Source: Octopus sinensis
Lineage: Eukaryota
Reading direction: 5' to 3'
DNA: 64,000 nt
Assembly: GCF_006345805.1 (NCBI RefSeq)
Contig: NC_042997.1
Coordinates: 122,698,001 to 122,762,000, forward strand
Position numbers and translations under genes: made by a program. This document shows, one piece after another, positions 43,103-57,096 of the stretch. The notes under the pieces were generated by a model that was not told the origin of the DNA, ran no database searches, and saw only the letters and a list, made by a program, of their open reading frames with translations. Each line of letters starts with the position of its first letter. The first letter of the stretch is position 1.

Positions 43103-43141
43103 CTCTCTCCTCTCTCTCTTCTCTCCCTCTCTCTCTATCTA

Positions 43142-43195
<54 letters not shown>

Positions 43196-43268
43196 ATATT
43201 ATATTAAGTTAGACATGGCCTGGACCAATCTTTGGTCGAAACATATCTAAGTATCTAAGTTTTATTTG

Positions 43269-43338
<70 letters not shown>

Positions 43339-43417
43339 AAAGTTGAGTTGTGGGGTATCGCACGAGTGGGATTATATATGAAAAAAGGTTTGAAAATGCA
43401 ATTTAAACGATGTTTAT

Positions 43418-43462
43418 TTACTTAACCGGTTTCACTCTTTGGTAAAAGATTGTCAAAAGTAA
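43418..43462 (-). ncRNA. Minimal type I hammerhead-like motif, U3-A8 core variant
   Basis: UUACUU UUGACAA UCUUUUACCAAAGAGU GAAA CCGGUU AAGUAA: 6-bp stem I, palindromic AACCGGUU; U-U at the base of stem II and a GUU site. Confidence 0.55.
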
Positions 43463-45508
43463 CATTGAATATTATGGGTTCAAAAAAAGTTTTTTACATA
43501 ATTGTCACATTGAATATTATGAATTCAAAAATGTTTTTTATACATAATTGTCACATTACATGTATAAATATAGTATAAAAAGTTCAATAGTGTGATGAGA
43601 ATATTGGGAAAAATTGGCAGAAAAGAATAAAACAAATATATTATTGGAAATTTGGTTGCGTTAATTATTGGTTGTCGCAAATTGTCACATTACATGTATA
43701 TATATACAGTCTTTGGTAGAAAGGACATGTTAAAGACGTAAGGAAGTGCAATAGTTTGGTGAGAAAGCTTGTAATATTGACAGAGAAAATTAAAATGGAT
43801 ATTTTAGACATCTCAGAATATTTTGAATCGAAGGCGAGAATTTGTTTTTTACTGACCTGTTTGTTTTAGCAGAAAAGTTGAATTGAGAGAAAAAAGATAT
43901 GTACCCAGATTGGTTTATACTTCCCCTTCCAGCATCAGTGATTTTGGGGTTATTGGGAGGTGAGTATGCGGGTGTGAATAGATGTGTCCGTGTGCCTGCT
44001 GGTCAGACAGCGTCTGTTTGTCACACACATATACACACACCACACAACAACAATACACACACACACATAGTATACACACACACACCACATACACACAACA
44101 CACACACACAGAACACACACACACACACAACGCACCCACATATATAATATATAACACACAGCACACAATATAACATGTATTTATATATATATACACACAT
44201 ATATAACACATACACACACAACACACACACACACACACACAACACACACAACACACGCACACATATATACATAATATAAATATCACACAAATACACCTAG
44301 CATATATATACACAACACAGCATGTATATAATACACATACACAATATATGCATGCAATATACATACGCAATACATACATATAATATATTATATAGACAAT
44401 GCATATACATATATACATATATACATATAATAGTGTTTACATACACATACATAGATTACCACATATACACACAATATACATACATACAATGCATACACAT
44501 ACACGTACGCATACATATAATATATATAACACACCACACATAACATACATACACAATGCATACATATATATACACGCAACGTATATACATGTATTCATGT
44601 ATATATAGCACACTTACAATATACATATATACAATGCACACATACACACATATATACACTTAATTGTACACATACATATACAATACACATACATACAATA
44701 TACATATACACAATGCGCATGCAAATAATGCCATGTTTATACACACATATACATGAAAATATATAACACACACCACATACACACACACATATATATATAT
44801 ACACATATATATATATATATATATATACATATACATACATACATACATGCACATACATATATTTTTTCACACACATACACACACATATATATATAAAATT
44901 CACACACACAACCCACACACACAAAATACAAACCTATAGCGTACACACTCAAATATATCTCTACATACCGCACACACACACAAACAATGTACACACATAC
45001 CATGCATATGCCACACACCCACACATATATATTATATATATATTATATATATAAAACAAATACACATGTAATACATACACACGTACACAATGCTCACACA
45101 CACACACACACACATACACCACACACGCACACAGTGCACACACACACACACATATACGCACGTGCACACACACACACAACGCGCGCACACACACACATAC
45201 ACACACGCACACAGTGCACACACCACACACATCACACACGCACACAGTGCACACACACACACACATACATATACACACGCGCACACACACACCACACGTG
45301 CACACTCACACACACACACAACACTCACACACACATACATACCCTACATATATATAATGCATGAGTGTGCGTGCCACGTATGTGTGCGGTCAATGCCCGC
45401 TAGTGTGTCCTATGCGTGCCGATGCGCGCATGTGCCCGCCCGCACGATATGCTGTGAGTGTGCGCGTGCCCCTGTGTGCCTGCTCTGGATGTGTGCCCAG
45501 GGGATATG

Positions 45509-48040
45509 TTAGAGTATGTTTAGTTGTGGTCTGTATTTTTGAATAAGATTACTTTCCTTATTTATTCGTGTTTGGTCTGTGGTGTTGTCCGAGCATTGGT
45601 ATAGTGGGAAGACTAAGAATTTGGGGGACTTATTGTGTGCACAAAGGTCTAAGTGTCCACTTAGTGGTGTCTGTCTTGTGGAGGGGTCCCTCAGTTGTTG
45701 TCGGTGAACTGTCATTCTTTCTCTGAGGGTAAGGCTCGTTTGCCCTATGTAGTCTTCGTGGCATCCTTCACACCTTATGACGTAGAGTAAATTTTTTGAT
45801 GCGCACGTGAAATTATTTTTTTATGATGAATGTGTGTCCCGAGTGGAACTTGTACGACGATCCCTCAATGAGGTGGATGCAGGTCTTGCAATTGGGGCGA
45901 CCACATTTTTTGATGGTGGGCGGTGGGTTTGTGTTGTGTAATTTTGCGTTGGTGAGGAGGTTTTTTAGGGATTTAGGTTGTCTCTTACTTTTTATTATTT
46001 TATGAGCTGCCAGTATTTTTTTCAGGCGTGGGTCTTGATTTAGTTGTGGAATGTTGTTGTATATAATAGTGTAAGCTTCTGCATTCCTTGGGTTGTGTGT
46101 TGAGAGATAGGGAGGCTATTTACTGTACTGTGGATGTGTTTGGGTTTTCGTAGGTCTTGAATGTTGATTGATTTGGCCCGTTCTATTCCGTTGTCTACTA
46201 GTGATGCCGGGTAATGTCTTTCGAGAAGAATTGCCCTTAGTTCCCGGAGTCTTCTATTTCGTGTTGTGTCATTTGAGACAATAGTGCAGATTCTTCTCGC
46301 TAGGTTGAAGGGGATATTTGTCTTTGTGTGTTTTGGTGATTGGAGGTGAATAGAAGGTATTGTTTAGAGTCAGTGGGTTTGTAATGGATGTCAGTTTCAA
46401 TGTTGACGCCTTTTTTAATGATTAGGATGTCAAGAAAAGGGATTGGTCCTGACTATATTCCATTGTGAATTGAATGTTCTTATTAACACTGTTGATAAGG
46501 TTTTTGAAGTCTTTAAGTTGGTCGAGTGTGTGGGACCATAGGATGAGGCAATCATCTAAGTAGCGTTTCCAGTTCTCCAACAGGTATTGTGGAAAGACTG
46601 GCCGTACTTATATTTGGATTTTTCATAGATATGTGATTCCAGGTAGGCCATCACCAGGTTTGCATAGGTAGGTGCAACTTTCGTACCCATTGCAGTTCCT
46701 GAGACCTGTCTGTAAGTGTTGTTGTGGAAATACATGAAGTTGTTTTGCAGAATAAATTTGAGGCCCTCAATTATGAATTCTTTTTTTAATTCTTTCCGGG
46801 ATCTCATTGGGATATTTATCCAGCCAGAATTTAATGGCTTCCAGTCCATATTCATGTGGGATTGTGGTGTAAAGATTAATAACATCAAAAGAAACGATTA
46901 AGGTGTATTTATCGGCATGTTTGGGGAGATGATTTAATAGGTCCAGGTCATCTCTTACAATACTTGGAATGTGTTTCAGTATTGGCTTTAAGATGATATC
47001 TATAAAGTTGCTAAGTCTGTGTGTTTCACAACTTGGGCCTGCCACTATTGGTCTCAGTTTGAGATCAGTGGGACGTGGTATAGTGATGCAGGTTGAAGTG
47101 GACTTTTTGCAAGCTTCTGTGATAATTTGACTCTTGTGTATTTTTGGAAGCCCATAGAGTGTGCTGGTTTTGCAATTAAATTTAGTAATGTAGTCGCATT
47201 CCTTTGCTGTCAAGTCATTCCGGTGTTGGTAAATGAGTGCCTTCAGTTTGGTCATTGTTTTGGATTGCTGGTAGTCGACTACTCTCTCATAGTATGTGGT
47301 ATCCTCTAAAAGGAGAGATACAGAGTTTTTATATTGCTCAGTATTCATAACAACGACCGTACTACCCTTATCAGCTTCCTTTATTGTGACGTTATGATTG
47401 TCTCGTAGCGTATGGATGATTTCCCATTCTCTTTTACTGGTGTTGGGTTTGAGTTTAGGTTGTGGGAGTTCACCATAAGGGAAGTTTGAGATGTAATCGC
47501 AAAATTTGTCTAAGGTTTTGTTTTTGCCTTTTATGGGATTATAGTTGCTTTTGTTACGGACCATTGATTCGTCGTTATTATTAGTTTTCCTGTCAAAAAT
47601 TCCTCTGTGAGGCGTAATTTTCTGCAAAAGTGTGAGATGTCATCCTGTATTTCCCTCAGGTTAGGGTATTGCGGAGTTGGGGTGAATTTTAGTCCTCTTG
47701 AAAGGATTTTTATTTGTGGTGTCGACAGGTTTAGGTTAGAGAGATTCACTATTTTTGGTTTTTCGGGGTTGGTATCTACCATCTGGTGTCGTGGAAACTG
47801 ATGCCCTTGCCTAAAAAAGGAATCCTGGGGGTTCTTCTATCTGCGGTATTTTGCTGTATGTGATTCTGTCCCCCGTTGATATGTTGTCTGTTGAAGAGGT
47901 TTTGGTTGTTGTGATTCTGTCCCCCGTTGATATGTTGTCTGTTGAAGAGGTTTTGGTTGTTCCAGGGTCTGGGTTGTTGGTGTGGCCTCCTGGAAGAGTT
48001 TTGGTTATTCCAGGGTCTAGGTTGTTTGTCCTGGGTGTAA
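45509..48040 (-). pseudogene. PLE ORF: reverse transcriptase, C-x4-C-x2-C linker and GIY-YIG endonuclease; frameshifted and 5'-truncated
   Basis: LSRGLKFTPTP; LYGLPKIHK; LRPIVAG; SFDVINLYTTIP; GTAMGTKVAPTYANL; RYLDD (46551-46565); CGRPNCKTC; LLYVIRCEGCHEDYIGQT..RERMTVHRQ; stop at 45509. In-frame 51-bp duplication at 47860-47961. Confidence 0.93.
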
Positions 48041-49809
48041 TGTATGTGTGTGTGTGTGCGCGCGTTGTGTGTGCGCGCGTTGTGTGTGTGTGTGCACGTG
48101 TGTATATATATGTGTGTGTGTGTGCACTGTGTGCGTGTGTGTGTGTATGTGTGTGTGTGTGTGTGTGAGCATTGTGTACGTGTGTATGTATTTACATGTG
48201 TATTTGTTTTTATATATATATATATATATATGTGTGTGCTGTGTGTGTATATGCATGGTATGTGTGTACATTGTTTGTGTGTGTGTGCGGTATGTAGAGA
48301 TATATTTGAGTGTGTACGCTATAGGTTTGTATTTTGTGTGTGTGGGTGTGTGTGTGAATTTTATATATATATGTGTGTGTATGTGTGTGAAAAAATATAT
48401 GTATGTGCATGTATGTATGTATGTATATGTATATATATATATATATGTGTATATATATATATATGTGTGTGTGTATGTGTGTGTGTATATATATTTTCAT
48501 GTATATGTGTGTATAAACATGTGCATTATTTGCATGCGCATTGTGTATATGTATATTGTATGTATGTGTATTGTATATGTATGTGTACAATTAAGTGTAT
48601 ATATGTGTGTATGTGTGCATTGTATATATGTATATTGTAAGTGTGCTATATATACATGAATACATGTATATACGTTGCGTGTATATATATGTATGCATTG
48701 TGTATGTATGTTATGTGTGTGTGTGTCTATATATATTATATGTATGCGTACGTGTATGTGTATGCATTGTATGTATGTATATTGTGTGTATATGTGGTAT
48801 ATCTATGTATGTGTATGTAAACACTATTTATATGTATATATGTATATATGTATATGCATTGTCTATATATATATATATATTATATGTATGTATTGCGTAT
48901 GTATATTGCATGCATATATTGTGTATGTGTATTATATACATGCTGTGTATGTGTATTGTATGTGTATATATATGCTAGGTGTATTTGTGTGATATTTATA
49001 TTATGTAAATATGTGTGCGTGTGTTGTGTGTGTGTGTGTGTGTGTGTGTTGTGTATGTATGTGTTTATATGTGTGTATATTATATATAAATACATGTTAT
49101 ATTTGTGTGCTGTGTGTATATTATATATGTGGGTGCGTTGTGTGTGTGTGTGTTCTGTGTGTGTGTGTTGTGTGTATGTGGTGTGTGTGTGTATACTATG
49201 TGTGTGTGTGTATTGTTGTTGTGTGTGTGTGTATATATGTGTGTGACAAACAGACGCTGTCTGACCAGCAGGCACACGGACACATCTATTCACACCCGCA
49301 TACTCACCTCCCAATAACCCCAAAATCACTGATGCTTGAAGGGGAAGTATAAACCAAACTGGGTACATATCTTTTTTACTCTCAATTCAACTTTTCTGCT
49401 AAAACAAACAGGTCAGTAAAAAACAAATTCTCGCCTTCGATTCAAAATATTCTGAGATGTCTAAAATATCCATTTTAATTTTCTCTGTCAATATTACAAG
49501 CTTTCTCTCACCAAACTATTACACTTCCTTATGTCTTTAACATGTCCTTTCTACCAAAGACTGTATATATATACATGTAATGTGACAATTTGCGACAACC
49601 AATAATTAACGCAACCAAATTTCCAATAATATATTTGTTTTATTCTTTTCTGCCAATTTTTCCAAATATTCTCATCACACTATTGAACTTTTTTATACTA
49701 TATTTATACATGTAATGTGACAATTATGTATAAAAAAACATTTTTGAATTCATAATATTCAATGTGACAATTATGTAAAAAACTTTTTTTGAACCCATAA
49801 TATTCAATG

Positions 49810-49854
49810 TTACTTTTGACAATCTTTTACCAAAGAGTGAAACCGGTTAAGTAA
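49810..49854 (+). ncRNA. Minimal type I hammerhead-like motif, U3-A8 core variant (inverted arm)
   Basis: Identical to 43418-43462 on the opposite strand. Confidence 0.55.
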
Positions 49855-49888
49855 ATAAACATCGTTTAAATTGCATTTTCAAACGTTT

Positions 49889-49948
<60 letters not shown>

Positions 49949-50129
49949 CACCATGTTTGAAAGGTTTAACGATAGCCTTCATATATTAGGAAAAAAACTT
50001 CTCAAAAAAGATTAGTAACATCCTCAGAAAAGATTTTGTAACCTATTTAAAAAGTAAAATCATCCGTTACACTTCAAAAACTGTAGTAAATAATCCTCAT
50101 GCACTATCAAATGTGTGTGTGTTTGTGTT

Positions 50130-50168
<39 letters not shown>

Positions 50169-50532
50169 ATATATATATATATATAAATATATGTAAATGC
50201 ATGATGTATGTTTATGTACCGTATCACTGAAGAGACTAGACCATTAGTTGCTGTTATACACTGCTAGCCACCATGCATTTCGAATTCTTTCTTGATTTCT
50301 CCATTCTTTTCCATCTTGATTGAATCATGTTTCCATCGTTGTGGAAAAATTCCGAGTGGTGGTTTTGCGATCTCTTTCATGCCACACGGCAACTGGACTG
50401 GTCCACCTGTTGTGTGTGAATCTTATGACATGAATAGCTCAGCGGTACTCGCGCTCCGTTCTCGAATCATCTCAATTCGAATATGCTTTCGGTGTACACC
50501 CACACACTCACACCCACACATGTACACACACA

Positions 50533-50585
<53 letters not shown>

Positions 50586-51213
50586 GTATGCACTAAATTT
50601 ATGGAACACGAAGCTTGTAATCAATCATCGTAGATATAGCTTCAATTAAAAATTGTCTCATTCTTTCAGCCAGCTTCCGAAAGGTTTGAAACGACACCCA
50701 GCTAATCTTCCCTAACGCTGCATGTTCATTAGAGGTGCTTATTTCATTCCAACCACAGAGAGCATATATTACAATTAGTTTGAAATAAATCCGTATTAAG
50801 AACTACTACAGTCTTTTATAATGCCTGTATCGCCTTATTTGTTGAACCTATAAACCAGTTGTCTAAATGATTGACACAGGATTATTGAGGATACTTTTTT
50901 AAAAATACCTTTACATTCGTTAGGTTGTATTTAACGCATAATTACTAAGCTCCTTATAAAAGTAATTACAAATTATGATGGAGCTCGCTATCTCAAGAAA
51001 TTATTTACATAATACAGCAAGCAATATTTCTATTGATATTCATATGTGAACATTAGCGATGTGTATAAGTCAAACAAAAAAGCTGGAACGTAACACTTGC
51101 AAGACAAAATATGTACTAGCAATTTAATTTATGAACATGACTATACGTTTATTCCAATATTGTTTATTGCAATTTATTTTAATGCTAGTTATAAACAAAA
51201 ATTGGTGATACAC

Positions 51214-51470
51214 GGGCATATAGCGTAGTGGTTAAGAGCGCGGCCTACTAACTCCAAGATTCTGACTTCGATTCCAGATAGTGAGCTGCATAATAATAAT
51301 AATAATAATAATAATATATTAATAACATCGAAAAATACCTTAGGAATGAGAGACAAGGTTCGAAATTTCCTCAAGACACCTGATGAACGCTAGAGGGAGT
51401 ATCAGACGAAACGTTGTGTTAACAACAAACAAGATCAGAACAAATATCCATCCGTCAATTGTAAATAATG
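51214..51470 (+). mobile_element. SINE-like family 4: tRNA-like head, (AAT)n, tail with a hammerhead-like motif
   Basis: GGGCATATAGCGTAGTGGTTAAGAGCGCGG...TTCGATTCCA head; GACAC CTGATGA ... GAAAC GTT GTGTT at 51375-51420. Confidence 0.65.
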
Positions 51471-51925
51471 TGAACACTGGTCAATTTGGTAGCTTAAACT
51501 GTGTATAGAATCACCGCTTGGAATAAGTTCATAAGCTCTATAACTGTCTTTATTCTAATTGTTTTTAGTTGCATACAAAATAATTAAAATACTGCTTGTC
51601 TTGAAGCTCTACATAAACATCGTAGAATTGCTGTTTAATGTATCACTTTATTTACAATAATCATGTTAATTTGTACTGTAGTTTGAACAAGAAAAACAGT
51701 TTAGTCTGGAAGAAAGAATATTAGAGTAAAATTTAATTTTAGGATTTATATTTTTTTAAAAATAAGTTTTACACATTGTCGCATTATATGTTCTATACTG
51801 CTTTAATTGAACTATCAGTCTGGATGCAGCAAAAAACTCAGGGAATCAACATTTTCAGAACAAGTGTGCAGGATAATTTTAAAAGCGTTTTATCAAATTA
51901 GTCTGAATTTATTCTTTTCTACTCT

Positions 51926-52285
51926 AGGCACAAGGTCTGAAATTTTTAGGGGAAGGGACCAGTCGATTAGATCGACACCAATACGCAACTGATACTTAAT
52001 TTATCGACCCCGAAAGGATAAAAGGCAAATTTCACCACGCCGGAATTTCAACTCAGAACGTATGAAATACCGCTAAGCATTTCGTCCGGCGCGCTAACGT
52101 TTCTTATTTCTTTATTGCCCACAAGGGGCTAAAAATAGAGGGGACAAATAAGTACAGACAAACAAGTACAGACAAAGGGATTAAAGTCACAAACGGTGGA
52201 ATTTCAACTCAGGACATAACGGCTGACAGAATACCGCTAAGAATTTCGCCCGGCATGCTAACGATACTTATTTCTTTATTGCCCA
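51926..52285 (-). mobile_element. SINE family 2, two partial copies
   Basis: ttatcgaccccgaaaggataaaaggc; gcatttcgtccggcgcgctaacgtttc; second aatttcgcccggcatgctaacg. Confidence 0.8.
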
Positions 52286-53390
52286 ATGAAATCTACAAGC
52301 TCTTTATCCTTCTCTCTCTGTTTATTTTCCCTTATTCCTTTCTGTCGAAAAGCGCAGGCTCGAAACGTAAAATACTTTTTCATTCTTGCGGAGCGTCAAA
52401 CATTTGCACTTGCTTGTTGTTCACAAACCTGTCTTCGTCTTTTGTTTTACTATTAATTTAAACTATATATGTGTGTGTATGTGTGTGTGTGTGTGTATGT
52501 GTGTGTGTGTGTATGCGTGCGCGCGTGTTTGCCTATATGAGTGCGTATTATTATGAATATTATTGTAGTTATACATAGCACTGCTTGTTTTCAGTTTACA
52601 CCGAGCGGGATGTGCCTTTAATTGTTGCATATATATGTGCCAAGTCTGTCAATGACTTAAGCAAATCTTTCTCTAACTTTAACTTCGTCATGCTTTGTCT
52701 TTGATGCAGGTGTTCCTCGTTGGTACATTTAGATCAATTTAAAGGTTTTGCAAATATATTTTGCTATCTATTTTGTTTCTCAAAAATTAATAGTATTGGA
52801 AATACTTTTCTCTGAAAGAAACAAAGCAACAGACAGTTATCAACATAAATTTAATTAACCCTACTGTCCAGCCACTATTATCAGTAAGAGTTGGACGAAC
52901 TCCAGCTTATTTAAATAGAACAAAATTTATATAATTCTTCTTAAAGGGAACACTATTCGAGAGAAGTTACAAATATCGGAATGTAATATTAATTTAGAAG
53001 GAAACAGATAAATCGGAATAGAGAAAAATACTTATTTACTATGGCGATGTGATCAATATCAGATAGCTAGGCTGCCTTACAATATTGTTTAAACAGAGTT
53101 TGGTTGATCATACCGACAAAGTGAGAAGCCAGACAAACTGTTTAATGTATTCGGCATTTTCCTTTCTTTTTCTCGATTTCCGCCTGGGTCGATTAATCAA
53201 ATGCCACTGATATATAGATGTTGATTCACAACACTCTACACCTATCCATCAGATATTGAACTCCTGCTAGTGAGAGGAAGATATTGTACGTCTGCTAGTC
53301 AAAGGAAATATTCAATCCTCACGGGCGTTGGACTTTACAGCACATTATCAGGAAACTTATAAGTTTCTTTACTTATAACAATAGCTAATA

Positions 53391-53466
<76 letters not shown>

Positions 53467-54981
53467 TCCCAGTATTCTCTCTGCATAATGTATTTTCTAT
53501 CATTGAGCTGCCACATCAGAATATTGTTTTATTAGAGATACTAAGATACACCAGTTGTAAAATATATTATCTTTGTTAATACGACTAAATAATCCGCAGA
53601 CAAATCATTGATTCTATTATTACATTGACTGTATTAAGTCAGTAATGTGACATCCTAATATTCTCGTTATTTAATGCCCCATCACGTACTTATCATTGAG
53701 ATGGTCGCATTAAATATGTAATATACACTCGTTAAAATCTACAATACGGTCTCTGCTCAAATATATCACGGTTCATTTAAGCTGACATATATTAAATTAT
53801 ACATTCACTAATTATTTTATATCATTGCTGTGACAAGAAAGGGAAGGCAGTGTGATAGTATAACATTTACTGCAAAATTTAGTTAGTTCCATTCACGTTT
53901 ATAATTCTAAATTAACTTCTAGACATTTAAGGCATAATACAGGGCTCCATAAATTACCTTTTCAATTTGAAAAGTTTGGAAAAAATTAGAATAACGGCAA
54001 CTCAAAAGGAGGCGTGTAACCAATTGGGTATACATGGAAGCGTTCTGATGTGACTAATAAAACTTGGTTTGTCTCCGTTTTCCAATAAGCTCTGTCGAGT
54101 TTTCCTCATTACTTTATTCTGATTTTTTCAAATTCTAAAGGTAAATTCACGGACACGTATTATTCCAATCTGAGAAATCCTGATATAAGCTTCATTCGAC
54201 CTTTTTCTTCCTTCAGTATATATCTTAATAAAGTAAGCGTGTGTTTGCCTGTCCCCACATATCCCTTTAATACACTTGATCTCAACCATTAATCGGTTGG
54301 AAATTTTTGTGAAGAGAAAAGACAAGTTAAAAAAATGATTACAAAATATGTCCATGTATCTTCGTTAGGACACAATTAAGTTATAAATATTGAATACATG
54401 TTAGTGAAACAATCCTCAGCGGTTTCGTTTCCCTGTTAAATAGAACGACGATCTGTATCACGTAGTACTTTGTATTCCCAATAGAGTCAAATTGTTATAT
54501 CGGGTAACAGCTGATATGTCGGGGAGAAATGACAGACGGCTGAGAATTGAAAGCATATCGAGAAGGGTGACACATATCTGCGTAATCATAATCAGCAATA
54601 CAACCACTATTAAATATATCTCTAATGTGATACCTACGGAATAAATTACGCAAATGTATTTTTTGAAACGAAGAAATATTCCTGTGATAACAAGGAGAAA
54701 ATCAAATAATAATCCGTACATCCGAAGAATAGGGAAGAAATTTCATTTTATTTGCTAAAGAACATTTTGATGTAGTATGACTAAAGACAGGATACACCAA
54801 AAGGCTATGCTTCGATGTACATGACAGCGGACTGTTTTTGTTCATGACAATTTCAGAATTTACTGAATAAACTTGTACAGAGGAGAAAAAAAAACATACA
54901 TCCACCAATGTCGGGTTGAGTGGTCATTCTCATCGTTCCACGTGTGGTCTTTTTTCCTTAAAGCCTGTTTCAATTATATGC

Positions 54982-55038
<57 letters not shown>

Positions 55039-55152
55039 TATATATATATATATGTGTGTGTGATTTAGTTTATGATTTGGTTTATGTCTATCATTGTTTG
55101 AATTGCATAATAAAGTTTTTGTCCTTATTTATATTATATATATATCTAACTC

Positions 55153-55194
<42 letters not shown>

Positions 55195-55908
55195 TGACTA
55201 TCTAACTCTGTTTTCATTCCTCTCTTAATATCTATTATTTATATGAAAAAACTTGCAGTTAAATTTATTGTAAGCCTAATAATGCCATATCCCTCCTGTT
55301 GTGCGGAGGGATATGGTACACAATGTGTCTCATAATTGCTGTTTTTTCAATATGTAAAAATGATTTTAACAATTTTTCATGCACCATCTTAGGAGGTTAA
55401 TTATATCAATATATAAATGGAGAAAACATGAATAGGAATCAGTCACAAAGTTTATTCATACTGTTTATATCTTTTTTTTCTTTTCTTCATTCGAATGCGA
55501 GACAGATTTCCTTAACTTTTTGATGAAAAATACTGTAAATTCTATTGTTTATTAAGTAACACAAAATTCTATTATGCTGCTACGAGATAACAATTATCAC
55601 AGCATATGATAAGAGAAACGCCTGAGCTTGCAGTTAAAAAGTATTACGTAAAGAGTTTGCATTGTAAGGTAATATTAGCTCTGTTGATTTTTATGGATAA
55701 TGAATAATATAGAATAATATATCTGTGATAACATTTATGTCTGATCAAAGATGAAGATCTGCTTTATTAAACTATAACACTATAACAAATACAAATATCA
55801 CAATATTTGACTAATGCCTGATGCTGAGTGGAAGAATGTTTACAACCAAATATAGCTTCACACGAATATGTGAACGATATCCCACGTTATCCCTCTTAAA
55901 ATATCTCG

Positions 55909-55990
<82 letters not shown>

Positions 55991-56020
55991 TATATATAAT
56001 ATATATATATATATAATATA

Positions 56021-56053
<33 letters not shown>

Positions 56054-56655
56054 GTATGTATGCATGCTTGTATATATTTATGCGTGGGTTTATATGTATA
56101 TCATTATATAGAGAGAAATGCGTGTGTGTATGTGTGTAATAGTGTGCCTGTATTCGTGTGAATATTCGTATGCATCTGAATTTGTATGCGTATATAGATT
56201 CGTGAATATGGAGTCAGAGATACAGAGAAATAATTTCCTTCAGATTGTCGCCAGACTAGTGCAACGCTTTGTGATATAGAAGATAACATTGTAACAACGA
56301 ATATGCTATTGTATTCACCTTAATAAGATAAAAGCAAATCACAGCTGAACAAGTTTTATAACTCAATACATAGCAAAGTAATACTTGGTTTATATTGAGT
56401 GTGATATGCGTTAACTTTTACGTGAGTAAATACACACACACACTCACGCACAAAAACACACCTGCGCGCACTTACAGACGTTCACACTGACGTTACATAC
56501 GAATATAGACGAAGACAGACGGCGGTAGAGACAGGCATTGGGAGCGAAAGACTACAAGAGTGAGAAACAGGGAGAGGCAGAGTGAGTGAGTGGTATATAT
56601 GCACACATACATATACACATACATATATACATACATATATACATACATACAGACA

Positions 56656-56737
<82 letters not shown>

Positions 56738-56948
56738 CATATACGATTGCATAATCGTAATGAAGATGAAAGGAAATAAGACTATTTCATACAAAATATT
56801 TAATATCTATAAAGCTGAAAGATCAGAATTCATTTTTCCCCTTTTCATATAATATATAGGCTCCCTGACTTTTGTTTTCGCAATTAACGGACTCGTTGTC
56901 ATAAATCCATTTACATTTGGGCTTCTCTCAATATCTGATAAATTAATA

Positions 56949-57010
<62 letters not shown>

Positions 57011-57035
57011 CAGAGACAAATCTCTCTCTCTCTCG

Positions 57036-57091
<56 letters not shown>

Positions 57092-57096
<5 letters not shown>

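Larger units (their letters stand above)
43373..49899 (-). mobile_element. Neptune-type Penelope-like retroelement with ~1.85-kb inverted arms (43373-~45203 and ~48041-49899)
   Basis: RT + GIY-YIG coding region between two reverse-complementary arms, each with ~650 bp unique sequence plus ~1.2 kb CA/TA microsatellite mosaic. Confidence 0.9.

Noticed and set aside
43899-45546. Cluster of long C/V/Y- or H/T-rich ORFs (also 48017-49368, 21839-22638, 27398-27917, 37221-38786)
   Set aside because: Stop-free frames of CA/TA/TCTA/AAT microsatellites; no protein signal.
51214-51285. Possible tRNA gene (also the SINE heads at 16527, 18350-18429 and 30983)
   Set aside because: No intact cloverleaf or acceptor stem; each continues into a repeat body, so these are tRNA-derived SINE heads.
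54458-54908. Hydrophobic minus-strand ORFs with nearby AG acceptor-like sites
   Set aside because: No recognisable domain and no consistent exon frame; hydrophobic ORFs are expected in AT-rich DNA.
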